A stretch of 64,000 bases of DNA from Chloroflexota bacterium (lineage in GTDB: Bacteria; Chloroflexota; Dehalococcoidia; Lucifugimonadales; UBA826): NCBI GenBank assembly GCA_002722155.1, contig PBKS01000009.1, positions 2,748 to 66,747 of the forward strand, written 5' to 3'. The position numbers and the translations under genes are program-made. The notes beneath the pieces are model-generated. The model searched no databases. It saw only the letters and a program-made list of their open reading frames with translations, and was not told the origin of the DNA. The stretch's first letter is position 1, and each line of letters begins with the position of its first letter. Of this stretch, positions 37,824 through 47,504 are shown one piece after another.

Positions 37824-38484
37824 TTTTTCTCATTTGAATTCTTTCTAACATCAGGTAAACATAAAAAACAGTGAAGGTTACCAATGAAACAAAAAATGTT
37901 ATATACATCTTCCCATCTAAATCGGAATCAGCCTCTGCAAGAGGTCCGATATTCAAATTCGGATGTGCAGTTCTCCACCAAATGGAAGCCATATAGATGA
38001 TAGGGGCGTCTATAGCCCCAAGCAGAGCAACTACTGAGGCATATCTACGACCCTGGGAACCAGGTATAGAAAAAGAACGTACCATCAAATAGCCAACATA
38101 TATAAACCAAAGAATCAGAGTGGTAGTCAACTTGGGATCCCAAGACCACCATACTCCCCAAACTGGTTTTGCCCACACTGCCCCTGTTATCAATATTAAA
38201 GTTGCGAATATGACTCCCAATTCGGCTGCAGAATACGCTACAGCATCCCAGGTGTTATTTCTCGTACAAAGATGACCAACACTGGCTATTCCAACTACTA
38301 AAATAGATACCATACCTATCCAGCCGAGAGGAACATGTACATAAAATATCCGTTGAGATATACCGAGATTTTGTTCAGTTGGCACCCACATGAATATTAA
38401 ATAGACAGTAATCAGCATCAAAATACAGGTACCGCCAAAAAATATCGTCTTCATTCCCGACAAATAATCCTCTATGAGTTTCAA
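37777..38484 (-). CDS. ccmC: Heme exporter / cytochrome c assembly protein CcmC
   Basis: WAKPVWGVWWSWDPKLTT WWD motif, six TM helices. Confidence 0.85.
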   Translation of the reverse strand: MKLIEDYLSGMKTIFFGGTCILMLITVYLIFMWVPTEQNLGISQRIFYVHVPLGWIGMVSILVVGIASVGHLCTRNNTWDAVAYSAAELGVIFATLILITGAVWAKPVWGVWWSWDPKLTTTLILWFIYVGYLMVRSFSIPGSQGRRYASVVALLGAIDAPIIYMASIWWRTAHPNLNIGPLAEADSDLDGKMYITFFVSLVTFTVFYVYLMLERIQMRKIEDDLDEVHQYVSLT

Positions 38485-38557
38485 TGAAAGTTCTAACTAT
38501 TTAGATGGTCTCGACACTAGTGAATTGTATCACTAAGCGCTCGAAATTATTAAATAA

Positions 38558-40249
38558 TCAGCTGGTCACTGCTCCCTCAGAAGCCGATGAAACTAACTTA
38601 GCATATTTAGCCAAAACACCTCTTTCGTAGTTCGGGGCAGGCGGAGACCACTCTGATCTTCTTTTATCAAGCTCTTGATCAGTTAATTTAACACTTAAAT
38701 CACGAGCTTCAATATCCAATGTGATGATGTCTCCATCTTTTATTAACCCGATTGGTCCACCCACAGCTGCCTCAGGTGCGACGTGCCCTATAGAGCCTCC
38801 TCTAGTTGCACCTGAGAATCTTCCATCAGTAATAAGTACGGTTGTTTCACCAAGACCTGCTCCCATGATCGCACCTGTCACGGCTAACATTTCTTGCATG
38901 CCTGGGCCACCTTTCGGACCTTCATATCTGATCACTACTACATCACCATCTTTTATAGAGCCATCGGTAACCGCTTCAAAGGCACTACGCTCCCCATCAA
39001 ATACCCTAGATGGACCTTCATGTTTTTCGATCTTGGTTCCAGCAACCTTAATAACCGCCCCTTCAGGAGCCAAATTACCCTTCAGAATAGCTAAGCCTCC
39101 TGTTGAGCTTTTAGCATTTGGAACAGAAAAGATAACTCTTTCATCTGGTCGTGTCTCAACACCTGACAGGTTCTCTTCAAGTGTTTTACCGTTTATTGAT
39201 TTAGCATCGCCATGCAATAACCCAGCCTCCAACAACTCTTTCAAAACAACTTGGACTCCGCCAGACTGATCCACATCAGACATCACATAATTTCCTCCAG
39301 GCCGAAGATCCGTTAAATATGGCGTTTCTCTTGAAAGGATATCAAAATCATCTATTGTCAATTCAACTTCCGCCTCCCTTGCAATAGCCAGTAGATGTAA
39401 AACTGCGTTTGTCGAGCCACCCATCGAAAGTACCAATCTAATCGCGTTCTCAAATGCTTTGCGGGTCATAATATCTCTCGGTTTTATACCATTCTCTAGC
39501 ATGTAATAAAGGTGTTTCCCGGCTTCATGAGCCACATCCAGGTTCCTTGGATCAACTGCAGGTATGGAAGCCGCACCGGGTATCGACATGCCCATGGCTT
39601 CAATAGCAGAAGCCATGGTATTCGCTGTGAACATACCAGAGCAAGCACCTTCCCCTGGACAAGCCACCCGCTCCATAGCTATCAATTCTTCTAAGGAAAT
39701 TTGTCGGGTGGAAAATGCACCAACTGCTTCATACATATCTTGTACATTTATGTCTTTACCCGCATAGTTACCAGGAAGAATTGCACCTCCATAAACAAAG
39801 ACAGATGGTATGTTTAGACGTGCCATTGACATCATGGCACCCGGCATATTTTTGTCGCAGGCAGCTACTACTGACAGCCCATCCATTCCTTCTGTGAAAC
39901 ATACTGTTTCAATCGAATCAGCGATCACCTCTCGGCTCACTAGTGATCCTTTCATACCCTCCGTTCCCATTGATATACCATCGCTGATAGTAATCGTTCC
40001 AAACATAAACGGAACGCCTTGTGCGTCCTTTATACCCTCTTTCACCTTTTCCGCAATTCTCGTCAAGTGCACATTACATGGGGTGACATCACTTGCTAAA
40101 TTAGCTACAGCTATAAATGGCTTTTCCATGTCTTCGTCATCTAAGCCAACAGCCCGTAACATAGATCTTGCTGGGGCACGGTCAGGACCTAGACTAACTT
40201 CAGCAGATTTATGTTTCAATAATTCTAAATTTTTTGTGTTAGTAGCCAT
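38558..40249 (-). CDS. ilvD: Dihydroxy-acid dehydratase
   Basis: CDKNMPG, TDGRFSG, full-length 563-aa IlvD/Edd pattern. Confidence 0.95.
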   Translation of the reverse strand: MATNTKNLELLKHKSAEVSLGPDRAPARSMLRAVGLDDEDMEKPFIAVANLASDVTPCNVHLTRIAEKVKEGIKDAQGVPFMFGTITISDGISMGTEGMKGSLVSREVIADSIETVCFTEGMDGLSVVAACDKNMPGAMMSMARLNIPSVFVYGGAILPGNYAGKDINVQDMYEAVGAFSTRQISLEELIAMERVACPGEGACSGMFTANTMASAIEAMGMSIPGAASIPAVDPRNLDVAHEAGKHLYYMLENGIKPRDIMTRKAFENAIRLVLSMGGSTNAVLHLLAIAREAEVELTIDDFDILSRETPYLTDLRPGGNYVMSDVDQSGGVQVVLKELLEAGLLHGDAKSINGKTLEENLSGVETRPDERVIFSVPNAKSSTGGLAILKGNLAPEGAVIKVAGTKIEKHEGPSRVFDGERSAFEAVTDGSIKDGDVVVIRYEGPKGGPGMQEMLAVTGAIMGAGLGETTVLITDGRFSGATRGGSIGHVAPEAAVGGPIGLIKDGDIITLDIEARDLSVKLTDQELDKRRSEWSPPAPNYERGVLAKYAKLVSSASEGAVTS

Positions 40250-40350
40250 CTTTAATTCCTTAATTTAGATATCAAAAGTTAATGGAGACATTTTTGAAAG
40301 CAACTTAATAGTCACCTGTACGCGTAGAGCTTCGGTATTATATATGAGAA

Positions 40351-40391
40351 ACCCTCGCCAATCTATTTAGGAAAAACAGATTCAAGAGGGT
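40351..40391 (-). terminator. Long imperfect hairpin downstream of the rdhA-like operon
   Basis: Minus strand: ACCCTC ... AATCTGTTT-TTCC-AAATAGATT ... GAGGGT, followed by TTCTC. Confidence 0.4.
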
Positions 40392-40409
40392 CTATATTAC
40401 AGGACTGGA

Positions 40410-40619
40410 CTAGGAATTTTTTGGTCCATGTTTGGATATCAATTCAATTACCCTGGGGTCAATTGATTCTGGTATTGGTCTACCAGAATCAAAGTAGGCA
40501 ATGGCCAAGTGAGCATCCCTGTGCAATTGTTCACTATCAGGCATACCCTTATAGTCCGAATTTAGTTCACCAAACAATCCATCTATGTTTTCTTTCTCAA
40601 AAGTACGCCTGCTAGTCAT
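40410..40619 (-). CDS. Hypothetical 69-aa soluble protein
   Basis: Starts 28 nt downstream of the rdhA-like gene on the same strand. No TM helix, no recognisable family. Confidence 0.4.
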   Translation of the reverse strand: MTSRRTFEKENIDGLFGELNSDYKGMPDSEQLHRDAHLAIAYFDSGRPIPESIDPRVIELISKHGPKNS

Positions 40620-40647
40620 TCAGATACTACCTTTTCTAGCGAGCGAA

Positions 40648-41901
40648 TTACAGGCCGGCATCAAAAACAGAATCTTCCGCCAGTATATCGCCAAGTTTGT
40701 CTACAAATTCCTGTTTCTCTTCTTCCGAGACCTTACCTTTTTCCTCAATTTTTTGTTTGAATTGGGTAAACAGCCATTCATCTTTGGTACCATGGGGAAT
40801 TTCAAAAAATTCCCTCTCAAAAGATGGGAGTTTACCAGGTCCGTAGTAGCCTTTACCTCGAATTTCGTAACCTTCAAGATTATCAGTGCCCTTCCCCAAA
40901 ACCTCTCCGGTTTCAACAAAATGTTCCATAACTGGAGCCATGCCATACCGTTGAACAGGACACACCAGCATACAAACCCCACAACCTTCATAAGTTGCCA
41001 TTACAGGCCTACATCGGTCATACACTAATTTATGCTTTTCAACTCCTCTCCAGAACACTTTCTCTTTGACCAAAGCTCTTCCTGGACACCGGTTTACGCA
41101 AACTTGACACATTTCACAAAATTTATGAATTCCATAATCAACCGGCTCGTCGTATGTAACAATCGCATCAGTACTTATTATCATCAGTCTGGATCGGTTG
41201 CCAAAGTGAGGTGACAAAAGTTGCCCGTTCGCACCCAGTTGGCCTAACCCTGCCTCAACGAACATCGGAATATAGGCCGCGCTGTTATCATTGGGGCTGT
41301 GTACTTGTGCTCTATAGCCAAGTTCTCTAATAAAATCGGCTAAATCCAGGGCTAGAGCCCCTTCTTGTTCATATGTTCCAAAGTGTGCAAATTCCGCCTC
41401 CATACTCGGTATGGTTTGGGTTTGCCAGTAGTCCTGTTCTAGGGCCAAACATATAGCATGTTCGTACTTTACCCACGCTTTTTTACTTTTGTATGCATAT
41501 TTCCGATCATATTTTGTAAAACCAACCTCGCCGAACCCTAGCTCTCTTGCCTTTTCTCTTATCGCTTCCGTAACATCCGTACCGGCCTTGGGTTCACTGG
41601 TAGGCAACTTATCTCCTGACACATAAGCTGCTTCCACCAAAGGCTTATTTGCCTCATCATGGTGTTTACGATATTCATACATTTCACCCGTGTAGACAGT
41701 CCAAGTCCATTCTCTGTCAGCTGCCTTTTCTATGTTCTGGCTTATGATCGGGTAATTACGAGAATACCAAGCTACGTCATTATCTTTTTTGACAATACCT
41801 GGTACAGTAGCCAACTCCTCGGCGACCGGGATCTCCACAGACTCATGATCTTTTGTCCGGCCTGGACGTCTAACTGTATGATGTATCTCTTTTAACGTCA
41901 T
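40648..41901 (-). CDS. Reductive dehalogenase / QueG superfamily protein (cobalamin plus 2x[4Fe-4S] type), no Tat signal
   Basis: ARELGFGEVGFTKYD ... FIRELGYRAQ ... FVEAGLGQLGANGQLLSPHFGNRSRLMIISTD ... FCEMCQVCVNRCP ... CRPVMATYEGCGVCMLVCP (CX9CX2CX3CP). Confidence 0.65.
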   Translation of the reverse strand: MTLKEIHHTVRRPGRTKDHESVEIPVAEELATVPGIVKKDNDVAWYSRNYPIISQNIEKAADREWTWTVYTGEMYEYRKHHDEANKPLVEAAYVSGDKLPTSEPKAGTDVTEAIREKARELGFGEVGFTKYDRKYAYKSKKAWVKYEHAICLALEQDYWQTQTIPSMEAEFAHFGTYEQEGALALDLADFIRELGYRAQVHSPNDNSAAYIPMFVEAGLGQLGANGQLLSPHFGNRSRLMIISTDAIVTYDEPVDYGIHKFCEMCQVCVNRCPGRALVKEKVFWRGVEKHKLVYDRCRPVMATYEGCGVCMLVCPVQRYGMAPVMEHFVETGEVLGKGTDNLEGYEIRGKGYYGPGKLPSFEREFFEIPHGTKDEWLFTQFKQKIEEKGKVSEEEKQEFVDKLGDILAEDSVFDAGL

Positions 41902-42212
41902 TTCAAATTCCCTCCAAAATCACATAAACACCTAGTTAATCATGATAAGCAATGATAATTATTAGCTTTCTTTTGGTGGAAGTCTATTCAGGTTGAAGGT
42001 ACAAGTCAATAAAACGCCATTTTATTATCAGTACAATTTTCCTATGTAGCACCATTTTCATCTGCCATTATATGAAGCTCAATAGCAATAGGATGAAGGA
42101 GATAGAGCTTAATCTTGCCAAAGATATATATCTCCATATGAACGTTATACCTAATCAAATTGAGAACAGAATGAATCTCCCGACTCTGCGACTAATAGCT
42201 TATTGAAAAACC

Positions 42213-43004
42213 TTAATAGAGTGGTCTCTTTTGGGGAATACCAGCTTTTCTAGGAAACATTTCTGGTGTTTCCGATACCTTCCTGACAAGCACAAGTTGT
42301 CCCGATGAAAACGGTAGCTTACGCTTTACATCAACTACTTCTTCTATTTCTCCCCCCAATAATTCTAAGGCCTTCTCGGAATCGTTAACTTCAGACAGTG
42401 CGCGGCGGCCTTTCATAGCCACGACAACACCGCCAAGGCGGCAAAATGGCAAAGTAAGTTCAAGCAGGACGGGGAGAGCAGCCACGGCCCGGGAAAGCAC
42501 TACAGAATATGTTTGCCTATGCTCTTTTTTCTTCGCCAACTCCTCGGCTCTGCCTAACGCTGTCTCAGCATTTGCTAAGCCCATTGTGTCAACAATTGAC
42601 TTAATGAAATTAATCTTTTTTCCCACGGAATCTAACATAACCATCTTGTTTCCAGGGAAAATCAAAGTTAGAGGTATACCAGGTACACCAAAGCCCGAAC
42701 CTATATCTATGATGTCTTCTTTTTCATCCATAACAGACGGAACAGACAAAACAATACTTAATGAATCCAAGTAGTGTCTAGTCACCACGTCTGCCCACGA
42801 TATTATTTTCGTTAAATTCATTTGAGAATTAGCCTTATCTAATAAGGCATGAAAGGTGATCAGATCAGATATGGCTGTTTCTTCAAGTTTAATTCCCAAA
42901 GCCTTGCAACCAGCCTTCAAAGCTTTCAAATCTCTGGGTGTTTTATGATTTGCCGGAATAAATGACAAGTGCCGTAACCTAATTAATTTATACAATACAT
43001 ACAA
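42213..43004 (-). CDS. rsmG: 16S rRNA (guanine527-N7)-methyltransferase RsmG
   Basis: MNLTKI ... RHYLDS ... IIDIGSGFGVPGIPLTLIFP SAM motif. N-terminal extent is uncertain. Confidence 0.8.
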   Translation of the reverse strand: MYVLYKLIRLRHLSFIPANHKTPRDLKALKAGCKALGIKLEETAISDLITFHALLDKANSQMNLTKIISWADVVTRHYLDSLSIVLSVPSVMDEKEDIIDIGSGFGVPGIPLTLIFPGNKMVMLDSVGKKINFIKSIVDTMGLANAETALGRAEELAKKKEHRQTYSVVLSRAVAALPVLLELTLPFCRLGGVVVAMKGRRALSEVNDSEKALELLGGEIEEVVDVKRKLPFSSGQLVLVRKVSETPEMFPRKAGIPQKRPLY

Positions 43005-43257
43005 TCGCCTAGTGCGATAGGTACCTTAAAAATATACCCTGATGGGTGGAAAAATAAATCCTTAAAATCTATTGTATGACGCGCATATGGTGCGTAGAAA
43101 CCGGCTTTGCCAATATTTCGGTCGCAATTTCGTTGGAATCTTTATCCCCTAAGTGCTACTATGCGAGTCGTGTTTGTGGTAGTGTTATACCCACGCATAA
43201 CTATATAAACAAGACTGATTCAGTCAAATCATTGGTCAAGGAGGCAGCGGAAAAGCT

Positions 43258-44358
43258 ATGTTCAGGACCAAGACATTAATAACTATAATTGCATTGATGG
43301 TGTCGGTGTTAGTACCGTCTATTGTCTTTGCTGAATCTGAGACTGTTACCTACGGTACAGCCTTAGTGCAGGACGACCAGGCGACCAACGATTCCATCGT
43401 TATCAACCTGGCTGGAATTACACCGCCTGCCGAAGGTAGCCAATACAACGCTGTATTGGTCTCATCGGATGGCACTAACTCCCTCGATCTAGGACCTATG
43501 CCTTATGTGCAACCGGTTATTCAGGGCGTAGTACAAGGGACAGGTGAAATTGATTTTACATTCGATAGCGAATCCGATGGGTACGCTGGAAAAAATTTGT
43601 TAGGAAACTACAGTCGTATAAAACTAGTGAGCGGAGCTGACGGTTCTACTGTTTACAGTGATAATGTTCCAGCGAATGCGGCAGCATATATCAACGCCAT
43701 CATCGCAGATCTTGACACGATTGATGAACATTTGGCATCCGCAATATCAAACGCAGCCACTGGTCAAACATCATCTGACATTGACGAAATAAAAAGCAGC
43801 ATTGCAGCAGCAGTATCAGATGCATCCGCTATTGCAGAGGTAGCTGATGGGTTAGCGGCCCACGCGACCGCTGCCGCTACGGAAGATATTGAAGATACCA
43901 CCCTAGCAGAGGGGGCAGCCGGAGTATCCGCTTCAGCCGCCAACATTTCTGCATGGGTCAACGCCGCAAAAGGGACTGCAGATGCGGATGTAGCATCCCA
44001 GACTAGCGCCTCAGTAGCCAACATATATGCCGGAAAGGTGTTCAACGAACTATCCGCTGCCCTGCATGGTTGGGATGGGAACACAGATGGAAAGATATCT
44101 GCTTCAGCAGGTGAAGGTGGTTCCGCACAGGCAAGACTAAGTGCACAGAAAATGGCCACTATGACACTCGAAGCTAAAGACCTTCCTGGATCAGAATCAG
44201 TAACAGCTCTCGGAGGTGGAACGACTGGCAGTGTATTAGGACTCGGTCTTCCGAGCGTAGGAGAGAAAATCCTAATGAACATAATGGTAATGGGGACTGT
44301 ATTAGGCCTTACTATGCTGGGAGCAGGTTCCATTATCTTAAGAAGGAACAGATCCTAA
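43258..44358 (+). CDS. Secreted Ala-rich protein with C-terminal sorting-signal-like anchor
   Basis: Signal peptide (LVPSIVFA/ESE), long Ala/Ser/Asp-rich helical region. C-terminus LGLPSVGE + hydrophobic helix + RRNRS. Confidence 0.65.
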   Translation: MFRTKTLITIIALMVSVLVPSIVFAESETVTYGTALVQDDQATNDSIVINLAGITPPAEGSQYNAVLVSSDGTNSLDLGPMPYVQPVIQGVVQGTGEIDFTFDSESDGYAGKNLLGNYSRIKLVSGADGSTVYSDNVPANAAAYINAIIADLDTIDEHLASAISNAATGQTSSDIDEIKSSIAAAVSDASAIAEVADGLAAHATAAATEDIEDTTLAEGAAGVSASAANISAWVNAAKGTADADVASQTSASVANIYAGKVFNELSAALHGWDGNTDGKISASAGEGGSAQARLSAQKMATMTLEAKDLPGSESVTALGGGTTGSVLGLGLPSVGEKILMNIMVMGTVLGLTMLGAGSIILRRNRS

Positions 44359-44381
44359 ACTAGACACATATAGTGCTTCCC

Positions 44382-44416
44382 AAAAGCCCCGTTCTTTAGG
44401 AACGGGGCTTTTTTTA
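44382..44416 (+). terminator. Rho-independent terminator
   Basis: AAAAGCCCCGTTC-TTTAG-GAACGGGGCTTTT followed by a T-run, 24 nt after the stop codon. Confidence 0.85.
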
Positions 44417-44435
44417 TCTTAAGGTGAATTCATAT

Positions 44436-45149
44436 ATGATAAGAAATAGTATTTACCTTATTTTGCTAGCAGTTTTCTTGAGTAGTGTCGCAAGCATTGC
44501 ATGCAAGTCTAAAATTTCAACCTCAGATACATCTGACATAAAAACAGCGGCGGAAATACTGAACTCAACCGGAATCGCTATGCAATCAATTTCCTCATTC
44601 AAATTTAAATTGACTCACGAGAACCTCCAAGGAACTAGGATTGGGGACCTAATTTTATCTGAGGCCAATGGAACAATATCAAGTGATAATTCTATGTTGT
44701 TAGAAGGAAAGTTTATTTTCGGTAATTTGACCCTTTCCAGCGGATTTTCCACTGTTGGCGGAAATTCTTTCTTTTTAAACCCGCTTACTCAAAATTGGGA
44801 GATGAGTGAAATATCAACATCTCCTCTTGCTTTTTTCGATGCCCAAAAGGGTATTCAAAATATATTGTCTACTATTAAGTATCCTGAATTCGCATCTGAT
44901 AGTAAAAAATATTGGAATATAGAGGGATTTATGCCTTCTTCAGCCCTTTCACCACTTATCGGAGATACCATAAATAACGACGTTAAGGTAATAGTGTGGA
45001 TAGACAAGAAATCTTTTTACCTGACAAGAGCAGTGATATCGGGCAAGCTAAACAAATATGACGATAGCAAGGATGAAAGCATTATTCAAAGAATAATCAG
45101 TCTTTCAAGATTTGACGAAAAAGTAATTATAGAAAATCCCTTGAAATGA
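44436..45149 (+). CDS. Lipoprotein, LppX/LprAFG (DUF1396)-like
   Basis: Lipobox SIAC at the end of the signal peptide. About 235 aa with family-like blocks (SFKFKL, GGNSFFLNPLTQNW, FFD ... GI.N.L, VIVWIDKKSFYLTR, SRFDEKV). AAGG SD before ATG 44436. Confidence 0.55.
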   Translation: MIRNSIYLILLAVFLSSVASIACKSKISTSDTSDIKTAAEILNSTGIAMQSISSFKFKLTHENLQGTRIGDLILSEANGTISSDNSMLLEGKFIFGNLTLSSGFSTVGGNSFFLNPLTQNWEMSEISTSPLAFFDAQKGIQNILSTIKYPEFASDSKKYWNIEGFMPSSALSPLIGDTINNDVKVIVWIDKKSFYLTRAVISGKLNKYDDSKDESIIQRIISLSRFDEKVIIENPLK

Positions 45150-45167
45150 TCCGGTTTTGTTTGCCAT

Positions 45168-46730
45168 ATGAATAATGGTCTCCATAAAAAAATTGCATTA
45201 ATTCCGGTTTTTGCCGGAATATTTTTTGCAGCAGATGATCAGACTGTTATCGTAACCATATTACCTCAAATAATGTCCGATCTACAGATAAACGTCATAG
45301 ATCTGGATAAAGCCATGTGGACGGTTACAGGGTATTTATTAGGATACGTATCTGTTATGCCGATCATGGGTAGAGTTTCTGATATCTATGGTCGCAAAGT
45401 TATTTATATAGCAGCCATGTCAGTTTTTATATTGGGTTCGATCGGAACAGGTTTAACAAATTCTATGACTTTCCTGGAAGGGTATTCGTATCATGACAGC
45501 TCTCTCGTTAGCCACACAGCAACCAATATTATAGAAGCTACAACTTCAATAAATTGGGTGATCGGAACTCGAATCTTCCAGGCTCTTGGAGGTGGGGCCC
45601 TAATTCCAATAAGTATTGCTATTATCACCGACCTTTATTCAGGTAGAGAAAGAATTGTCCCGCTCGGATTAACCGGTGCTTCTGCCGAAGCTGGAGCAGT
45701 GATAGGTCCTCTATCAGGAGGAATAATAACCCAATATTTTTCATGGCAATCAGTATTCTGGCTAAACGTACCAATTGGGTTATTTGTAATAATAGGGGTG
45801 GTATTTTTGATACCCAACTTGAAAAGAACTAACTATAAAATGGATTACGTTGGTTCATTTCTAATAGTTACCGCCATTTGCCTAATCACATTGGGATGCT
45901 CTCAGTCTGGAAATAACACGCTTTATTTGATGATTTTTATAGCTACAGGGTTGTTATTATTTTTTGTATATTACTTAATTTCAACAAAAATTGATAAATT
46001 AATTTTACCAATTGAAATGTTTAAGAATATTTATTTCCTAGCAGCAAATATTTTGCATTTATTATATGGTGCGGCACTCATAATCGCTCTAATTACTATA
46101 CCTTTGATGGTGAATACTGTATTAGGCGGAACATCATTGGAAGGCGGCTTAATTTTAATGCGTATGACAATCGCAATTCCCATAGGAGCGATAGTAGGAG
46201 CATGGGCAAGCAAGCATTATGATTTCAGAATACCTGGTCTTAGTGGTCTTATTTTTTGTTTCGTAGGTCTACTATTTATGAGCGGTTGGAATGATTCGAT
46301 TGCTGACCCCATTATGTCACTTCAATTGCTGATAGCCGGGTTTGGATTCGGACTGCTAATAGCCCCGATCACAGCTGCAGCTATCAACAATTCAATGCTG
46401 GAATATAGGGGAGCGGCGGCGGGAATCATTAGTTCCTCAAGATTCCTAGGAATGACATTTGGCATTGCCGCAATATCTGCTTGGGGATCTAGGAGGTTCC
46501 AAGATTTACTTTTAGGAGTTGATTCAACTGTTAAAGAGATCGGGGGTATTGAAAATGCCACCGGGATTTTTGAGAGTCAATTACTCGAAGCAGGTATAAC
46601 TTTGTTTCATAATTTCTTTTTTATTGGCGCACTATTATGTCTAGTCGGCGTATTACCATGCCTTTTATTAGTCAAAAGTATCGAAAAAACCAATCTAATT
46701 GGTAAATCTACCACCATCCACATTGATTGA
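45168..46730 (+). CDS. MFS transporter, 14-TM DHA2 (EmrB/P55-like) drug:H+ antiporter family
   Basis: GRVSDIYGRK motif A, 520 aa, about 14 hydrophobic segments. Confidence 0.8.
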   Translation: MNNGLHKKIALIPVFAGIFFAADDQTVIVTILPQIMSDLQINVIDLDKAMWTVTGYLLGYVSVMPIMGRVSDIYGRKVIYIAAMSVFILGSIGTGLTNSMTFLEGYSYHDSSLVSHTATNIIEATTSINWVIGTRIFQALGGGALIPISIAIITDLYSGRERIVPLGLTGASAEAGAVIGPLSGGIITQYFSWQSVFWLNVPIGLFVIIGVVFLIPNLKRTNYKMDYVGSFLIVTAICLITLGCSQSGNNTLYLMIFIATGLLLFFVYYLISTKIDKLILPIEMFKNIYFLAANILHLLYGAALIIALITIPLMVNTVLGGTSLEGGLILMRMTIAIPIGAIVGAWASKHYDFRIPGLSGLIFCFVGLLFMSGWNDSIADPIMSLQLLIAGFGFGLLIAPITAAAINNSMLEYRGAAAGIISSSRFLGMTFGIAAISAWGSRRFQDLLLGVDSTVKEIGGIENATGIFESQLLEAGITLFHNFFFIGALLCLVGVLPCLLLVKSIEKTNLIGKSTTIHID

Positions 46731-47501
46731 TTGCCCAGTAATGTTTTGGGCTATATCGGAGGCCAAAAAAGCCACCGCATTACCAATATCTTCGGGGGTT
46801 TGTTCTCTCTGGAGGGGAATCCATGATTTAACAGTTTGATCAAAAAGTTTTTTTCCTTCAAGACCTGTAGTATCTAGATTCCCTCCAAATTGAGACCTCT
46901 TTTTTGCAATGGACTCCCATATGGGAGTCCATATCAAACCCGGGCAAACAGCGTTGACATTCACATTGTATGGGGCCATTTGTAATGCATGAGATTGTGT
47001 CCAACTCACAACTGCCGCCTTTGATGTACTGTAATGAGGTGAATCAGGACTTCCTTGTCGAGCTGCTATGGAGGCAATGTTAACTATCTTGCCTTGATTT
47101 TGACTCTTTAATTCTATGCTGACTCTTTCAGAAACCTTTACAACCCCTCTGACATTAACCTCATAAACTTCTGCCCAATCCTGACTATTTGGGATTTCCC
47201 TATTCGACCAACCTTCGGATCCAATTATGCCGGCATTGTTAACCAATATATCAATTTTCTTTCTTTCTTTAATATGCTCTGAAATGATTTTATCGATGGA
47301 ATGTTCATTAGTAACATCCAATTCTTTTGCTGTGATATCGCCACCATAACTGCAATATCTCATCGTCTCTTCAGCGCTTCCACGAGAAATATCTGTCACC
47401 AACACATTGGCCCCCGCCAAGGCTAATACGGAGCATATACCCCTACCTATACCGCTACCCCCACCCGTGACTATAGCCTCTTTTCCAGATAAATCGATCA
47501 T
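46695..47501 (-). CDS. SDR family oxidoreductase
   Basis: TGGGSGIGRGIC, NNAGI, YSTSKAA, INVDGG. Confidence 0.85.
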   Translation of the reverse strand: MIDLSGKEAIVTGGGSGIGRGICSVLALAGANVLVTDISRGSAEETMRYCSYGGDITAKELDVTNEHSIDKIISEHIKERKKIDILVNNAGIIGSEGWSNREIPNSQDWAEVYEVNVRGVVKVSERVSIELKSQNQGKIVNIASIAARQGSPDSPHYSTSKAAVVSWTQSHALQMAPYNVNVNAVCPGLIWTPIWESIAKKRSQFGGNLDTTGLEGKKLFDQTVKSWIPLQREQTPEDIGNAVAFLASDIAQNITGQSINVDGGRFTN

Positions 47502-47504
47502 TTT

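Noticed and set aside
38721-40268. Plus-strand ORFs antisense to ilvD (38721..39269, 39810..40268 and others)
   Set aside because: These are Pro/Ser/Ala-rich shadow frames of a highly conserved gene. They have no SD and no family resemblance.
40585-41028. 147-aa plus-strand ORF antisense to the rdhA-like gene, and 40701..40991 minus strand off-frame
   Set aside because: They overlap a CDS with clear Fe-S motifs, and their phenylalanine/leucine-rich composition is typical of AT-rich shadow frames.
43764-44333. 189-aa minus-strand ORF antisense to the Ala-rich secreted protein
   Set aside because: The GCN-rich sense strand gives a long open antisense frame by composition alone. The sense frame has a signal peptide, a C-terminal anchor and a strong downstream terminator.
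46695-46730. 36-nt convergent overlap of the MFS transporter and SDR 3' ends
   Set aside because: Both C-termini look genuine (INVDGGRFTN for the SDR), and small convergent overlaps occur in compact genomes. There is no evidence of a frameshift or special function.
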